A DNA stretch of 63,763 nucleotides, the filler included, from Octopus bimaculoides (lineage: Eukaryota), in NCBI RefSeq assembly GCF_001194135.2. It is 9 parts of 8 records of this genome, joined end to end, with 100 filler letters (N's around TTAATTAATTAA, not from the genome) between each part and the next. Parts side by side here need not be neighbours in the genome. Positions count along the whole stretch, not along the records: positions 1 to 14,319 come from NC_069002.1; 8 more parts are not named here. One strand, given 5' to 3'. Positions 1 to 12,480 of the stretch are shown here, in pieces (positions within the stretch are counted from its first letter, which is position 1; every line of letters starts with the position of its first letter). The translations under genes and the position numbers were made by a program. The notes below the pieces were generated by a model. It ran no database searches. It was not told where the DNA came from and was given only the letters and a program-made list of their open reading frames with translations.

Positions 1-677
1 TATATATATGCACAAGTCACAATTCAATCGGAAATGGTGCAATAAAAGTTTAAAAAATATAAGCAGCCAGCATTGTTCTTTTGTAGTTGTGTTGGTCCTG
101 TTTCCATTATATCGCCTGACTTATGTTATTCAGGTTTTTCTTAAGCACTATTACAGTATTTTACAATTATTCATACTAACTATTATAGCACGACACATAT
201 ACTCACACACAAACACATACATACACACACACATACACAAGCAAGCATACTCACACACACACACACTCGAAATAGATAAGAGACGGCGAACTTTATTTAA
301 AGTGGGACCTTATGGCTGAATGTCTACATCAGAGACCGTTTTAATATTTATCAATAAATAGTTAAGATGTAAAAGGAGATACGCATATAAAGGAAAAAAA
401 ATTATTTTCCGGAACACGAACAAATAACAAAATTCGGTTTGTTATTCAGGCACATAGACTCTGCTGCGTGTCGATACTGTACAATACATAGTCATATATA
501 AGCCATTTCCGGTCAGATGATCAGATACATCCGTTTGGCTTTTCCAAATTGGAACAAGAAGTAAGTCTATGTTAACTGTACACCTCTATATACATACCAA
601 CGTATTTACTGCGTACATATATATACTTAGAGATATTGACACAACGAAATATACGCATATAAGTTTGTGTGTGTGTG

Positions 678-736
<59 letters not shown>

Positions 737-998
737 TATACATACATAAACATGCATATATACATACATACACGCACACACATACACACACACATACACA
801 CACATATAAACATACATATGTACGTGCAAATTTGAGTTTACTATGAAGTTGAATATAGTGATCTGTAGAAATTGTTAATGTGTGTTGTAGTGTTGTGATT
901 ACTCTCCGTTTCTACTCAGAGTTTAGCGATTTTAGCTGAGGTGAGCAGTCACGGTGTGCGTCTGCAAGAAATATTGATGTTACAGTTCTACAAGCTAC

Positions 999-1039
<41 letters not shown>

Positions 1040-1056
1040 GAACTAACTAACTAAGA

Positions 1057-1122
<66 letters not shown>

Positions 1123-2399
1123 NNNNNNNNNNNNNNNNNNNNNNNNNNNNNNNNNNNNNNNNNNNNNNNNNNNNNNNNNNNNNNNNNNNNNNNNNNNNNN
1201 NNNNNNNNNNNNNNNNNNNNNNNNNNNNNNNNNNNNNNNNNNNNNNNNNNNNNNNNNNNNNNNNNNNNNNNNNNNNNNNNNNNNNNNNNNNNNNNNNNNN
1301 NNNNNNNNNNNNNNNNNNNNNNNNNNNNNNNNNNNNNNNNNNNNNNNNNNNNNNNNNNNNNNNNNNNNNNNNNNNNNNNNNNNNNNNNNNNNNNNNNNNN
1401 NNNNNNNNNNNNNNNNNNNNNNNNNNNNNNNNNNNNNNNNNNNNNNNNNNNNNNNNNNNNNNNNNNNNNNNNNNNNNNNNNNNNNNNNNNNNNNNNNNNN
1501 NNNNNNNNNNNNNNNNNNNNNNNNNNNNNNNNNNNNNNNNNNNNNNNNNNNNNNNNNNNNNNNNNNNNNNNNNNNNNNNNNNNNNNNNNNNNNNNNNNNN
1601 NNNNNNNNNNNNNNNNNNNNNNNNNNNNNNNNNNNNNNNNNNNNNNNNNNNATATATATATGTATATATATATATATATATATAGGTATTATATATGTAT
1701 GTGTGAGTCGGTGCTTGCGTGTGTTTGCACACGTGCCCATACTGTCGTATGTGTGTATGTATCTGTCTATCATAAGCAACTGTGTGCATACTTATATATC
1801 AATATATAGTCCTTTATAACGACCATGCACATAAATGTATACAGAATCATATATATAGAGAAGAGTGATAGTGAATGAAATGGTGAGCCTGTGAAAGAGA
1901 GAACGAGAAACAGACGCAGAGAGTCATACCAACGAATCTATATGTATATTCCACAATATTTAGTTTCAGCGTAAGTTGGAAGTCAAAATCTCTTTGACAA
2001 GTTACCGAACTGTGCTTAAAGAATTTCTAATAATATTACCAGCGTTGTCTACTATTTTTGGCAAACATGGGGGATTATATTCTTTGCTCTAGGATTAATC
2101 TAGAACATATTCAAAACTTACACTAATGTATTTCTTAGGCCACTGGAACGCTACGTGAATGAAGCAGCGGAAAGCCAGCGTGGATATGATAAATAGATCG
2201 GTCAACATTGTAAGCGAGTTTTGAGATAGATGTTCTGTGTCCTGTCTTGCCGTTGCTTAGCAGCGAATGATACTCATTTGGGATTTTGTTATAGTGTAGA
2301 AATTTTATTCTCAACGGCATTATATACTTCGCCTCGTCAGTAGGGGCGATTGCTGTATATGAACGGAGCCACAGACTTTCTGTCTGTTTGTATAGTGAA

Positions 2400-2791
2400 T
2401 TGTTGTTGTTGTTGTTGGCACTCCGTCGCTTACGACGTCGAGGGTTCCAGTTGATCCGATCAACGAAACAGCCTGCTCGTAAAATTAACATGCAAGTGGC
2501 TGAGCACTCCACAGACACGAGTACCCTTAACGTAGTTCTCGGGGATATTGAGCGTGACACAGTGTGACAAGGCTGACCCTTTGAATTACAGGCACAACGG
2601 AAACAGGAAGTAAGAGTGACAGAAAGTTGTGGTGAAAGAGTACAGCAGGGTTCGCCACCATCCCCTGCCGGAGCCTCGTGGAGCTTTATGTGTTTTCGCT
2701 CAATAAACACTCACAACGCCCGGTCTGAGAATCGAAACCGCGATCCTATGACCGCGAGTCGGCTGCCCTAACCACTGGGCCATTGCGCCTC
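2400..2791 (-). mobile_element. tRNA-derived SINE (my family C), near full length, (AAC)n tail
   Basis: Minus strand starts GAGGCGCAATGGCCCAGTGGTTAGGGCAGCCGACTCGCGGTCATAGGATCGCGGTTTCGATTC (A and B boxes) and ends in (AAC)n; the same 3' module recurs at 5200-5335, 12310-12480 and 39301-39470. The 191-aa ORF at 2135-2710 is largely a read-through of this repeat. Confidence 0.85.
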
Positions 2792-3972
2792 AACTCTATT
2801 GTGAATATCGTCGAGCAAAATGTATAACCGGTAAAAAAACTGAATATGGTTGTTGTAGAGGACTGATTCATACACCCCTTTAATTGATTCACAGCCTCTG
2901 CGGGTGCGTGGAGGTAGATATTTATATGTATATGTACGTGTGCGTATGTTTTTGTATGTATATGCGCCGAGACGTAAAAATACACCGATGGGTGTCCGAG
3001 AGTGCAGTAAGCCCACTGGGAAAGAGATATCTCTAGTCATTGTCAAGGCGTCCCATTAGGAGAAGGATAACTCGTGTATAAAGCACGTTAATCTTCCTAG
3101 CCTGGTATCTTATCCATTTCTTCTCTCGCGAGTTTCTTCGTATTGTTTGTGAGAGGTGTTACGGTGTTGTGCAGGCCGCACTCGATTGAAAACACTTGCA
3201 CGGCATTGCTGACACCGTCAGAGATGGCGTTGTTCGTCTAACGTGTAGCCAGCCACCGCGTATTGGTCCTGTTATGTTTGGCGGTCAACGGTTGTTCCTG
3301 CAACATTCATCAAGAATCTGGCGACTTTAGAGCCGAAAACACATTGACTGCGCATGTTAAGTCGACAGAGAACTACGAGAATGAGAATGTAGGCAAGGTA
3401 TACCACATTACTGCGAATGTGTGACCTCTAGAAATACCTCTGATGTAAAACCTGTGATTCGGTAGCAGCTAGTGTCTAGTTCTTTTTGGGGTATCTGCCA
3501 TCGTTGGTCAGAGAGTGGAATTGGTTTAGTGAAAAGCCTCCCCTCACATTATTCAACCTCTTGTAAAGGCAACGCTTGACCTAACAGCATCATTATCGTA
3601 TACTGTAGAAGAAGGAAGCGGCTATTATTTATTTATATATGCCTCAATTGTATATATATATGTATATATGCATATATANNNNNNNNNNNNNNNNNNNNNN
3701 NNNNNNNNNNNNNNNNNNNNNNNNNNNNNNNNNNNNNNNNNNNNNNNNNNNNNNNNNNNNNNNNNNNNNNNNNNNNNNNNNNNNNNNNNNNNNNNNNNNN
3801 NNNNNNNNNNNNNNNNNNNNNNNNNNNNNNNNNNNNNNNNNNNNNNNNNNNNNNNNNNNNNNNNNNNNNNNNNNNNNNNNNNNNNNNNNNNNNNNNNNNN
3901 NNNNNNNNNNNNNNNNNNNNNNNNNNNNNNNNNNNNNNNNNNNNNNNNNNNNNNNNNNNNNNNNNNNNNNNN

Positions 3973-4003
<31 letters not shown>

Positions 4004-4725
4004 TATGCGTCTGAATATGTGTGTCTGTGCGTGTATTCTATTTTACTTTTAATTATTTGAAGTCTTCACCTAAGGACGAAGTTGGTATTTAACAATGACA
4101 CAATGGTCCTTTGGAATAAACCTCAGAAAATCGGTCACGTATTTTGAAAATGTCTTGCTTATTTCAATTGCTCTTGTTTCCCAAAACAGAAGCTGTAGAT
4201 GTTGGCATTCAAGTCTTTGAACTGCTCAATTAACACGATCATTAGGACATAGGCATCAATAAATGAGCGTTTAATGTACTCTACGTTCAGCATCTTTGTT
4301 CTTCAGACATAGCCTGAAGTAACAATATACTATTGTTGTGTTAATATACGATGGATCGTATAAACGAGATTTCTCATCTTTTATATCTTAGCATCAATGC
4401 TGTTAACCGTTATTCAGTAGACTTTTCATGAGAAACGTTCCAACCATAGCCAGTCCGTAGTTTTTGTCTCGGAAATTCCATTTTATAATGGGCTGGTTTC
4501 ATGTTATTAAAACGACGAGAAAGGTGTATATGTCGATAAGTGTATTTAAGTCCGATTCACCAGGATTAAATGTGAATTCTGTTCATTTTACACATCTTCT
4601 TTATAAAGATATACTGTCTTGTGTCTCACCTGTTTTTTTTAATACGTTGCAAGGTATTTCGCAGAGATATGACGACTAATTCTCGCAAATGTAATGGCGG
4701 GGTACACGCTCTTGTGAAAGGTCGA

Positions 4726-4945
4726 TATGATGATGATAATGATGATGACGATAATGATGACGACGATGATGACGATGATGAATATGATGATGACAAAGAC
4801 AACGACGACGACTACAACATTGATGATGATGATGGCGATGATGATCATCATGATGACGATGATGGTGACAGCGATAATGATGATGATGATGATGATGATG
4901 ATGGTGGTGATGACGTTGATAATGATGGTGATGGTGATGGTATTA
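4726..4945. repeat. imperfect (GAT/GAC)n microsatellite
   Basis: Directly visible; explains the poly-Asp, poly-Met and poly-Ile ORFs. Confidence 0.95.
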
Positions 4946-5339
4946 CTGCGAAGCGTTATCTTTGTATTTTATGACATTTTAGTTTCGCCATATTCTAAGG
5001 TGCGCTTCTCCAGTTCTGTGTTCATAGATCATCTGTTGCGTAAGTTCAACAGGAAACCACTTACATTATTGGAACGTCGTATATAAGGTGGTGGCCACGA
5101 ATATTATAAATACCTTTCTTAAACTGCTTTAGTGATTTTCATGGAAGACATTCTTGAAGACATGCCTCAAAGCAGTCGTTTGGTTTGCTAGAGATCCAAA
5201 TGACACTCCGTCGGTTACGACGATGAACGATCAACGAAATAGCCTGCTCATGAAATTAGCGTTGAAGTATCTGAGCACTCTACAGACTTCCCTACCCTCA
5301 ATATCATTCTGAAAGAGATTCAACATGACACCGATTATT

Positions 5340-5708
5340 CCAAGGTTGGTCGACTTTGCCGTTCATCCATTCGATATCGATAAAATAAGTACTGGACGAT
5401 CACTGGGGGTCAATCTAATCGATTAGCCCTCTACCTCGAAATTAGTGGCGTCGTGCCAAAATTTGAAATTAGAATTAAGTTGGAGGAAGGCAGCGATCTG
5501 GCAGAATCATTACAGTGCCGGGAAAAATGCTTAGCGGCATTTCATCCATCTTTTCTTTCTGTGTACAAATTCTTCCCAGGTCGGTTTTGCCTTTCATCCT
5601 TTCACGATCGTCAAAATAAATAGGTACCTGGTGTCGGTGTAATTGACTCACCTCCTACCAAAAAAATTTTTTTTAAATTCCGGTGTTGTGACAAAATTTG
5701 AAATCAAT
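5340..5708 (+). mobile_element. two tandem degenerate SINE copies (family A)
   Basis: Both carry the GTCGACTTTGCCTTTCATCC...GTCGATAAAATAAGTAC-type body; the second has the GGCAGCGATCTGGCAGAATC head. Aligned by eye to the young copy at 63396-63628. Confidence 0.75.
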
Positions 5709-5709
5709 C

Positions 5710-5788
5710 AAAAGTTGTCAGATAAAGTCGTTCGTTTTCCTTCATTTAGATAAAGAAGGAAAACGAACGACTTTATCTGACAAATTTT
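5710..5788. repeat. short fold-back: 34-bp stem (29 bp perfect), 11-nt loop
   Basis: 5715-5743 TTGTCAGATAAAGTCGTTCGTTTTCCTTC is the exact reverse complement of 5755-5783; the stem extends 4 more bp past one G/A mismatch. Confidence 0.95.
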
Positions 5789-8300
5789 CCCGCTATAACA
5801 TCTCTCTCGAAACTCGCTTACTTACTTGACCCCTCTATTTCCCCACTTCTTTTCAATTACTTCCAGTATTATTTGTATTAACGAAAAATATTTTATCGCA
5901 ATTGTTTCCTGGTGTTTATGTAGCACTATTCCTCTTCTACAACTTGTGCCTACAAACTTTTTGAACTTTGAATAATGTTTACGTCTTTTCAGACATTTGA
6001 TGACATAATGCCAAGTAGAAGGAAAAACGAAAACGAAAGAATTTATCAGACAACCCAATATTTTTACTTCCACCATTGAAGTTTCTTCTTGAAATGCAAT
6101 TTCGATCTTCAAGGAACTAAAAATAATAACAACGCAGTTTTAGCGCAACCCATAATTCAACAGCATTGTAAGATTTTGGCGTCTGAATAGTTAATTCTTC
6201 ATTTGCAATGCACACTTTTTCTGAATCTCTAAACACGTAACGCCAGCCTCCCACTTCCATCGATTTGCTGATGACGAATGCTCCCACTCAAAGTACCACC
6301 ACCACCACCACTACAACCAACACTTTTGATATTCATTCTCCGTACTGAGTTTGATAAGAGGGCATTTCTGAAACATTTTCTCTCTGACCTTCCATATCAA
6401 TCAAATTTAAATCACGTAATAAAATTTCATAAATTCACCCATCACTTTTAGACGAGAAACGGTTAATAATAGAAGAACTACGACTCCCAAGCATTAATAT
6501 CTTCGAAGAACCTGCAATTATAAACTCGTTTCCTTATCGAGCGCCGTGGTTTAAAGCAGGGTTTATTATTTCGAAAGATAAGCAGTTGTTTACTTGCTGA
6601 AATTTCATATTACCTTCAAAATTGCAATAAGAATTGTATTCTTAAGAAGTAAGATAGCAATATTTCACACGTGTTTTAAAAGAAACTCTCCAAGGAAAAT
6701 TCTATGAGACCTGATCTATGTCGAGTGTTGACTATTGCCATTCTATGCTGTCAAAAAGACTAATTTAATAACAGGGTCTTTAATTAACTATCCTAACTGA
6801 CAAGAGGTATATTTCTGTGGATTGTGTTTAAATTATTCGGCCACTTCAACTTTTTCAATTACGCAAGCGGCAGAATGTCAGCCAGGAGAAGCGAATCATA
6901 GAAGAAAACAAAGAATGTGGAAGAGAGAAGAGCAGGGAAATATTGAATGAGTTTTCTTGTCGGATATATATTATATTTAATGAGGAATGAGTTAGATGAA
7001 ATATCACGTGAAACGTGGAAATATTTTTGGCATAATCGTTATATGTTTAAGCATGATAATAAATAGTTCCTTTCATAATGGTATCATTATCGATCTTTTT
7101 CTCTCTCTCTCTGTTTCTCTCCTTGTCTCTTTCTCTCTCTCCCTCTCATTCTTTCTCCTTCTCTCTCTATGTCTCCCTCTGTCACTTGCTTTCCCTCATT
7201 CTCTTTCTCTTTCTCTTTTTCTCTGTATACATATATATATATTTGTTTTCTATATACATACTTAAATGTACATATATAATATAAACACACATACAAAAGC
7301 ACACACATACACATAACACGGATTTATGCTTTGCCGACGCTTGTAACCACGGCATGGGAACAACCGCGTGAGAGAGAGAGTGAGAGAGAGAGGGTCAATA
7401 TCTCTTTCTCTCCTACTCTCTCTCTCTCTCTCTCTCTATTATATATATATATATATATATATATNNNNNNNNNNNNNNNNNNNNNNNNNNNNNNNNNNNN
7501 NNNNNNNNNNNNNNNNNNNNNNNNNNNNNNNNNNNNNNNNNNNNNNNNNNNNNNNNNNNNNNNNNNNNNNNNNNNNNNNNNNNNNNNNNNNNNNNNNNNN
7601 NNNNNNNNNNNNNNNNNNNNNNNNNNNNNNNNNNNNNNNNNNNNNNNNNNNNNNNNNNNNNNNNNNNNNNNNNNNNNNNNNNNNNNNNNNNNNNNNNNNN
7701 NNNNNNNNNNNNNNNNNNNNNNNNNNNNNNNNNNNNNNNNNNNNNNNNNNNNNNNNNNNNNNNNNNNNNNNNNNNNNNNNNNNNNNNNNNNNNNNNNNNN
7801 NNNNNNNNNNNNNNNNNNNNNNNNNNNNNNNNNNNNNNNNNNNNNNNNNNNNNNNNNNNNNNNNNNNNNNNNNNNNNNNNNNNNNNNNNNNNNNNNNNNN
7901 NNNNNNNNNNNNNNNNNNNNNNNNNNNNNNNNNNNNNNNNNNNNNNNNNNNNNNNNNNNNNNNNNNNNNNNNNNNNNNNNNNNNNNNNNNNNNNNNNNNN
8001 NNNNNNNNNNNNNNNNNNNNNNNNNNNNNNNNNNNNNNNNNNNNNNNNNNNNNNNNNNNNNNNNNNNNNNNNNNNNNNNNNNNNNNNNNNNNNNNNNNNN
8101 NNNNNNNNNNNNNNNNNNNNNNNNNNNNNNNNNNNNNNNNNNNNNNNNNNNNNNNNNNNNNNNNNNNNNNNNNNNNNNNNNNNNNNNNNNNNNNNNNNNN
8201 NNNNNNNNNNNNNNNNNNNNNNNNNNNNNNNNNNNNNNNNNNNNNNNNNNNNNNNNNNNNNNNNNNNNNNNNNNNNNNNNNNNNNNNNNNNNNNNNNNNN

Positions 8301-10250
8301 ACCTCGGCGGTATTTGAACACAAACGTAAGAACGGGCGAAATGCCGCTAAACAATTTGCTTAGCCTGCAAACATTTCTGCGATTTCAACACCTTTGTTAT
8401 ACTAATGTTATTTATAAGGTTAAAGAAGTGATTTTAAATTCTCAATCGAAAGATAATGCTAATAATATAGCCTGAACAGGATAAACTACCCCTATTTTGC
8501 AGAGAAAAGTGTAGGTGGCTAGCTGTGGCTAGCCACCTACACTTTTCTCTGCAAAATAGGGATAGTTTATCCTGTTCAGGCTATATTATTAGCATTATCT
8601 TTCGATTGAGAATTTAAAATCACTTCTTTAACTTTCTAAAAAAGACATCTCAAGGCTTCTAAAAGCAAACTTCGTTTGGTTATTTACGTTTGTCGTAATT
8701 TGAAGTTGTTTATAAGATTTAATCATCCTCTCCACAACGGTCAGATGGCATGAACTTTTGGGGAATGGGGAATCGAGTGCACCGACGCCAGCACTTGACC
8801 GATACTTTATTTTCATCGACCGAAAGTGATGAAAAATAAAGTCTACCTCAACGGAAATTTGAACACGGAACCTAAAGACCGATAAAATGCAACTGAGCAA
8901 TTGTTGAGCGAGCTAACGATTCTACCATGTCGCTAACTTACTGTGATAAAATAATGCTTCTTTTCTTAAGTTTCGTACACGGTCAGCGATTTTGGGGCGA
9001 ACGTGAATCCTTTACATCGACCCTCGTGCTCCACTGGTACTTCTTTTATCGATCCCGAACGGAGTGGGGTCTGTGTACTTGACTCCCTATTTCCCAAAAT
9101 TCCATACCTTTTACCCGTAGTAGAGAACATTATTAATCTCATTAATATCTTAAGCATTACGACCTCGGCGAAATTTGAACTCGGAGTGTAAAGACGGACG
9201 AAATATCACTAGACATTTTGCTAGGTGCGCTGACGATTCCACCAACGCCTTAATCAAATTAAATATCGTTTAATATTCAACTTGGAAAAAAAATCAAACA
9301 CAAACGAAAATACCGGGATTTCCTGTCTGGATATTTTGGCAACTTTGTAAGTTTTCTGCATAAATGAATGTTATACACACGGGCTTGGCAAGGTGTTCGA
9401 TACAAGCAGCCATGTGTATATTTATAAACATGGACCGCAACATGCATGTTTAATATTATATTTATAATTAAGAAAATATACCACTATTTTGTTTTTTCAA
9501 CTCACTTGAGTGTATTAATTAATATCTGGTTCGTGAAGGCTTTTATTGATTCTTCATTTCTGCAGTGAAGTCCAGTTCGTAGGATATTAAAACACTTTTG
9601 GCAAAAAAGCAAAGTAAGGTGAAGAGATAAATCGATTAGGAAAATCCTAGCATTTGACTGGTATATTATTTTATCGACCCTGAAAGGATGAAAAATGCTA
9701 GGTTGGCCTCGGCGTGATTTGATCTCAGACCGTTCCGTTTCGGAAGAAATCCTGCAGAACATTTTGAGTCCGACGCCCTAACGATTCTCCAAAGCGTGGA
9801 ACCATTGTGAGAAAAATATGGTGCACTTCTAGTATAAGCTCAGGACCTGAACATTTGTTGGGGCACAATGTGAATGGGCTACAACGACCCCTATACTCAA
9901 TGGTTTCTAATTTTATCGACGACGTAATGAAGAAAAGCAATATTGACCTCCGTGGAATCTGAGCTGAGAACACAAGCAGTCAGAAGAAATGCCGATAGGC
10001 ACTTTTGACCAATGCCATAACGAATGTCTCAGTTCACTACCTTTGTTGCAAACATATTTTTTTCAACACTTCTGAGTACAAATTCCGCCAAGGTCCACTT
10101 CGCCTTTCATCCTATCGGAGTCGATAAATTAAGTACTAGTTGCGTAATGGGGTCGATCTTTTCGACTGACCCCCTTCCCCGAAAATTTCGTGCCTTGTGC
10201 CTACAATAGAAAAGAATATTTATTTCAACAATAAGCACAACACCTGAAAT
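8301..10250. mobile_element. cluster of about six degenerate family-A SINE copies or fragments
   Basis: Minus-strand copies at about 8301-8380, 8760-8935, 8960-9255 (interrupted), 9645-9790 and 9860-10010; plus-strand copy at about 10060-10250. All share TTTTATCGACCCCGAAAGGATGAAAG / GACCTCGGCGGAATTTGAACTC-like motifs. Confidence 0.75.
8420..8631. mobile_element. palindromic fold-back element flanked by TTAA; candidate MITE
   Basis: Arms 8419-8523 and 8528-8632 are reverse complements with one mismatch and a 4-nt TGTG loop; TTAA at 8420-8423 and 8628-8631. The palindrome is certain; the MITE call is inference. Confidence 0.6.
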
Positions 10251-11107
10251 TTTAGATGTGTGTAGCTCTGGATGACTTCAACCTCAGAACTTAACTGGTA
10301 TTTATTTCATGAACCCCAAATGGGATAAAAGGCACTGCTGAATTCGGTGGGATTTGAAATGAGGACGTAATGGTTCAGAAGAAACATCGGTAAGCAGTTT
10401 ACCCAGAGCACTAACAACTCCACCACCTCGCCGCTTGATTTTTCGCTCTTTCCTGTTTTTTTTTCTTCTGGGAAAAATACATATTAGCTTCGGCAATCGC
10501 AATTTGGTTTTCGTTTTTTGGTAGACACAATATAAAGTGCACACACTCACATTGGTAAAAATGTGTGAAGTATTTTTTGAAATATAAATACAAAGACAAT
10601 CTGCAATACTTATGTAAAACATTAACAGTTGAAACTATACGACAAGTTATATAAATCTGACATTGAGACAACAGATGATATAGAGACAAATATAAAATAT
10701 GTATAACTTTGACGTCATTCGTCTGGGGACATATTACGTTTTGTCGCCGTCATCAGAGCCAGTAGGTTGCAGGGAAATGTTATACTGTGCGAGAGGAACG
10801 GTCAGCACACAAGGCATAGAAGTCAGGTCTCCAAAACCTTTTACCATAATGAAAGCACAAATGTATATCACCCTCAAATGACTAACACGTAATGGGTGGA
10901 ATTATTTCTGATCAACGAGGGTAACGACAAAATTAATCAAGGACACACACACACATACACACACACATACACACACACACACACACNNNNNNNNNNNNNN
11001 NNNNNNNNNNNNNNNNNNNNNNNNNNNNNNNNNNNNNNNNNNNNNNNNNNNNNNNNNNNNNNNNNNNNNNNNNNNNNNNNNNNNNNNNNNNNNNNNNAAT
11101 CAGGGAA

Positions 11108-11150
<43 letters not shown>

Positions 11151-11151
<1 letters not shown>

Positions 11152-12290
11152 TAGCAGAGACACCCGGCGTTGCTTGAGTTACAGAAGATAATGAAATTTA
11201 AGTATGACTTTTAAATCTATAAGTAGGATGAAACATAGACTATGCAGTTTTCAACAGTAACTTGCTGAGGTACCAACTTTATATGTCAATAGCATGCTAT
11301 TTCCCATGTTCTGACTTTTAAAATTGTTAAATAAAAAAACAGGTAGTTCTTTGTCTTCGTAATCACCTTCAATTGGCAGTACTTACTTGAAACACGTTGA
11401 ACCTGAAAATGCATAAATTTGAGAAGAACCGGCCTGTGGGCGGCGCTCTCCTCATTTTAATAAGTCCATTTAACAAAACGTCTATCAGATGACGTGAGTA
11501 TAAACAAAGGTATTGAAACATATCCAAAAGTCAATCACAGTTTAATTATTCAGAGCTTGAAAACATACGATGTTTTGAGTTTGTCCTTTAATTAGTGTAT
11601 AAATGAAACGATTTGGGGACTTCCAACTCGTGAATATCCTACAAATAATGGCCCATTAGAGAAGCAAGGAAAAGCAAGGCGATGTCCAACAGCCTTGAGA
11701 AATTTCCTTGAGACTTGTTTATTGACATAGTGAAACTTCGTTTCACTGGGAACTGGAACCGTTTGAATTCAAAGAGGCGGACATATGGGATTAATGGGAT
11801 CCAGGAAGAAGACATCCTCACACTTATTGTTCGCAGTCATAATTGTTGCCTCTAGCACATGGGGTCGTATCGCTTTCGTCAACAGTGTGGTGCCATTGCA
11901 CAAACGAAGTGGCTCCAGATTCCTGAGCAGCATGATTGGGATCTCCCCTTTATAAGTGTTAAGTGTTGAGGTGGCATCCCTGATGGCTGTAGAGAGTTCA
12001 GTAACTCCGTTGGAAAAGCTACAGCCTGGTTCTGATCAATGACAGTGTCGAGGGATTTGAAATACTTCTTGTCCAGGCAACAGCTGCAAGAGATCCCAAT
12101 TAATTTTGTTGACAGCAACATTACGTGGAACGAAGATGGCTCACTCACAGGGCCATTGATTGTTGCTAATTTTTTGGGTAATGTTTGGGAGTACATGCAT
12201 TATGAGATCCTTGACAGTTGGTAGTGTATCACCTCAGGGTAGCCGGTGTTGCTGCATTTGGTTGACATGTGATAGTAGCTCATTCCCAGT
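11151..12290 (-). mobile_element. 5'-truncated Helitron with decayed RepHel helicase C-terminus and 3' CTAG terminus
   Basis: Minus strand ends CTCAAGCAACGCCGGGTGTCTCTGCTAG followed by T (degenerate hairpin plus CTAG) inside (AT)n; helicase motifs lie upstream. Confidence 0.85.
11542..12215 (-). pseudogene. Helitron PIF1-type SF1 helicase, C-terminal fragment with frameshifts and stops
   Basis: Across frames: KDLIMHVLPNITQKISNNQWPCE*AIFVPRNVAVNKINWDLLQLLPG, YFKSLDTVIDQNQAVAFPTELLNSLQPSGMPPQHLTL, WIPLIPYVRLFEFKRFQFPVKRSFTMSINKSQG, FPCFSNGPLFVGYSRVGSP, GQTQNIVCFQALNN*. These match the Helitron helicase motifs FPxEFLNSL, TINKSQG and HGQLYVxxSRV. Confidence 0.9.
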
Positions 12291-12309
12291 CTTCAGAAGC
12301 TGGTGTGAA

Positions 12310-12480
12310 AGCAACCCGGCAGTTTGATCACCAAATAATCGGGCCCTCATGTAAACTGTCAGGTGCAGTTTCGTCTTTAGTCCACAGACACGTGTACCCT
12401 TAACGTAGTTTTCGGGGATATTCAGCGTGACACAGTGTGACAAAGCTGAACCTTTGAATTACAGGCACAACAGAAACAGG
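12310..12480 (-). mobile_element. family-C SINE 3' fragment (cut by gap)
   Basis: CCACAGACACGTGTACCCTTAACGTAGTTTTCGGGGATATTCAGCGTGACACAGTGTGACAA matches 2510-2570. Confidence 0.8.

Noticed and set aside
2135-2710. 191-aa ORF, one of the longest non-gap ORFs
   Set aside because: More than half lies within a SINE; chance open frame.
2720-2791. tRNA-like sequences here and at other SINE heads
   Set aside because: A and B boxes are present, but they continue directly into SINE bodies and I could not form a complete cloverleaf; not called as tRNA genes.
4621-5086. Acidic poly-Asp and poly-Met ORFs
   Set aside because: All frames are products of one (GAT)n microsatellite.
5995-6080. Acceptor-like TTTTCAG followed by TFDDIMPSRRKNENERIYQTTQYFYFHH*, and the opposite-strand 96-aa ORF
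   Set aside because: Short, no motif, no support.
10709-10718. CRE-like TGACGTCA sites (also near 34416 and 51613)
   Set aside because: Isolated 8-mers, one inside a repeat; no independent support.
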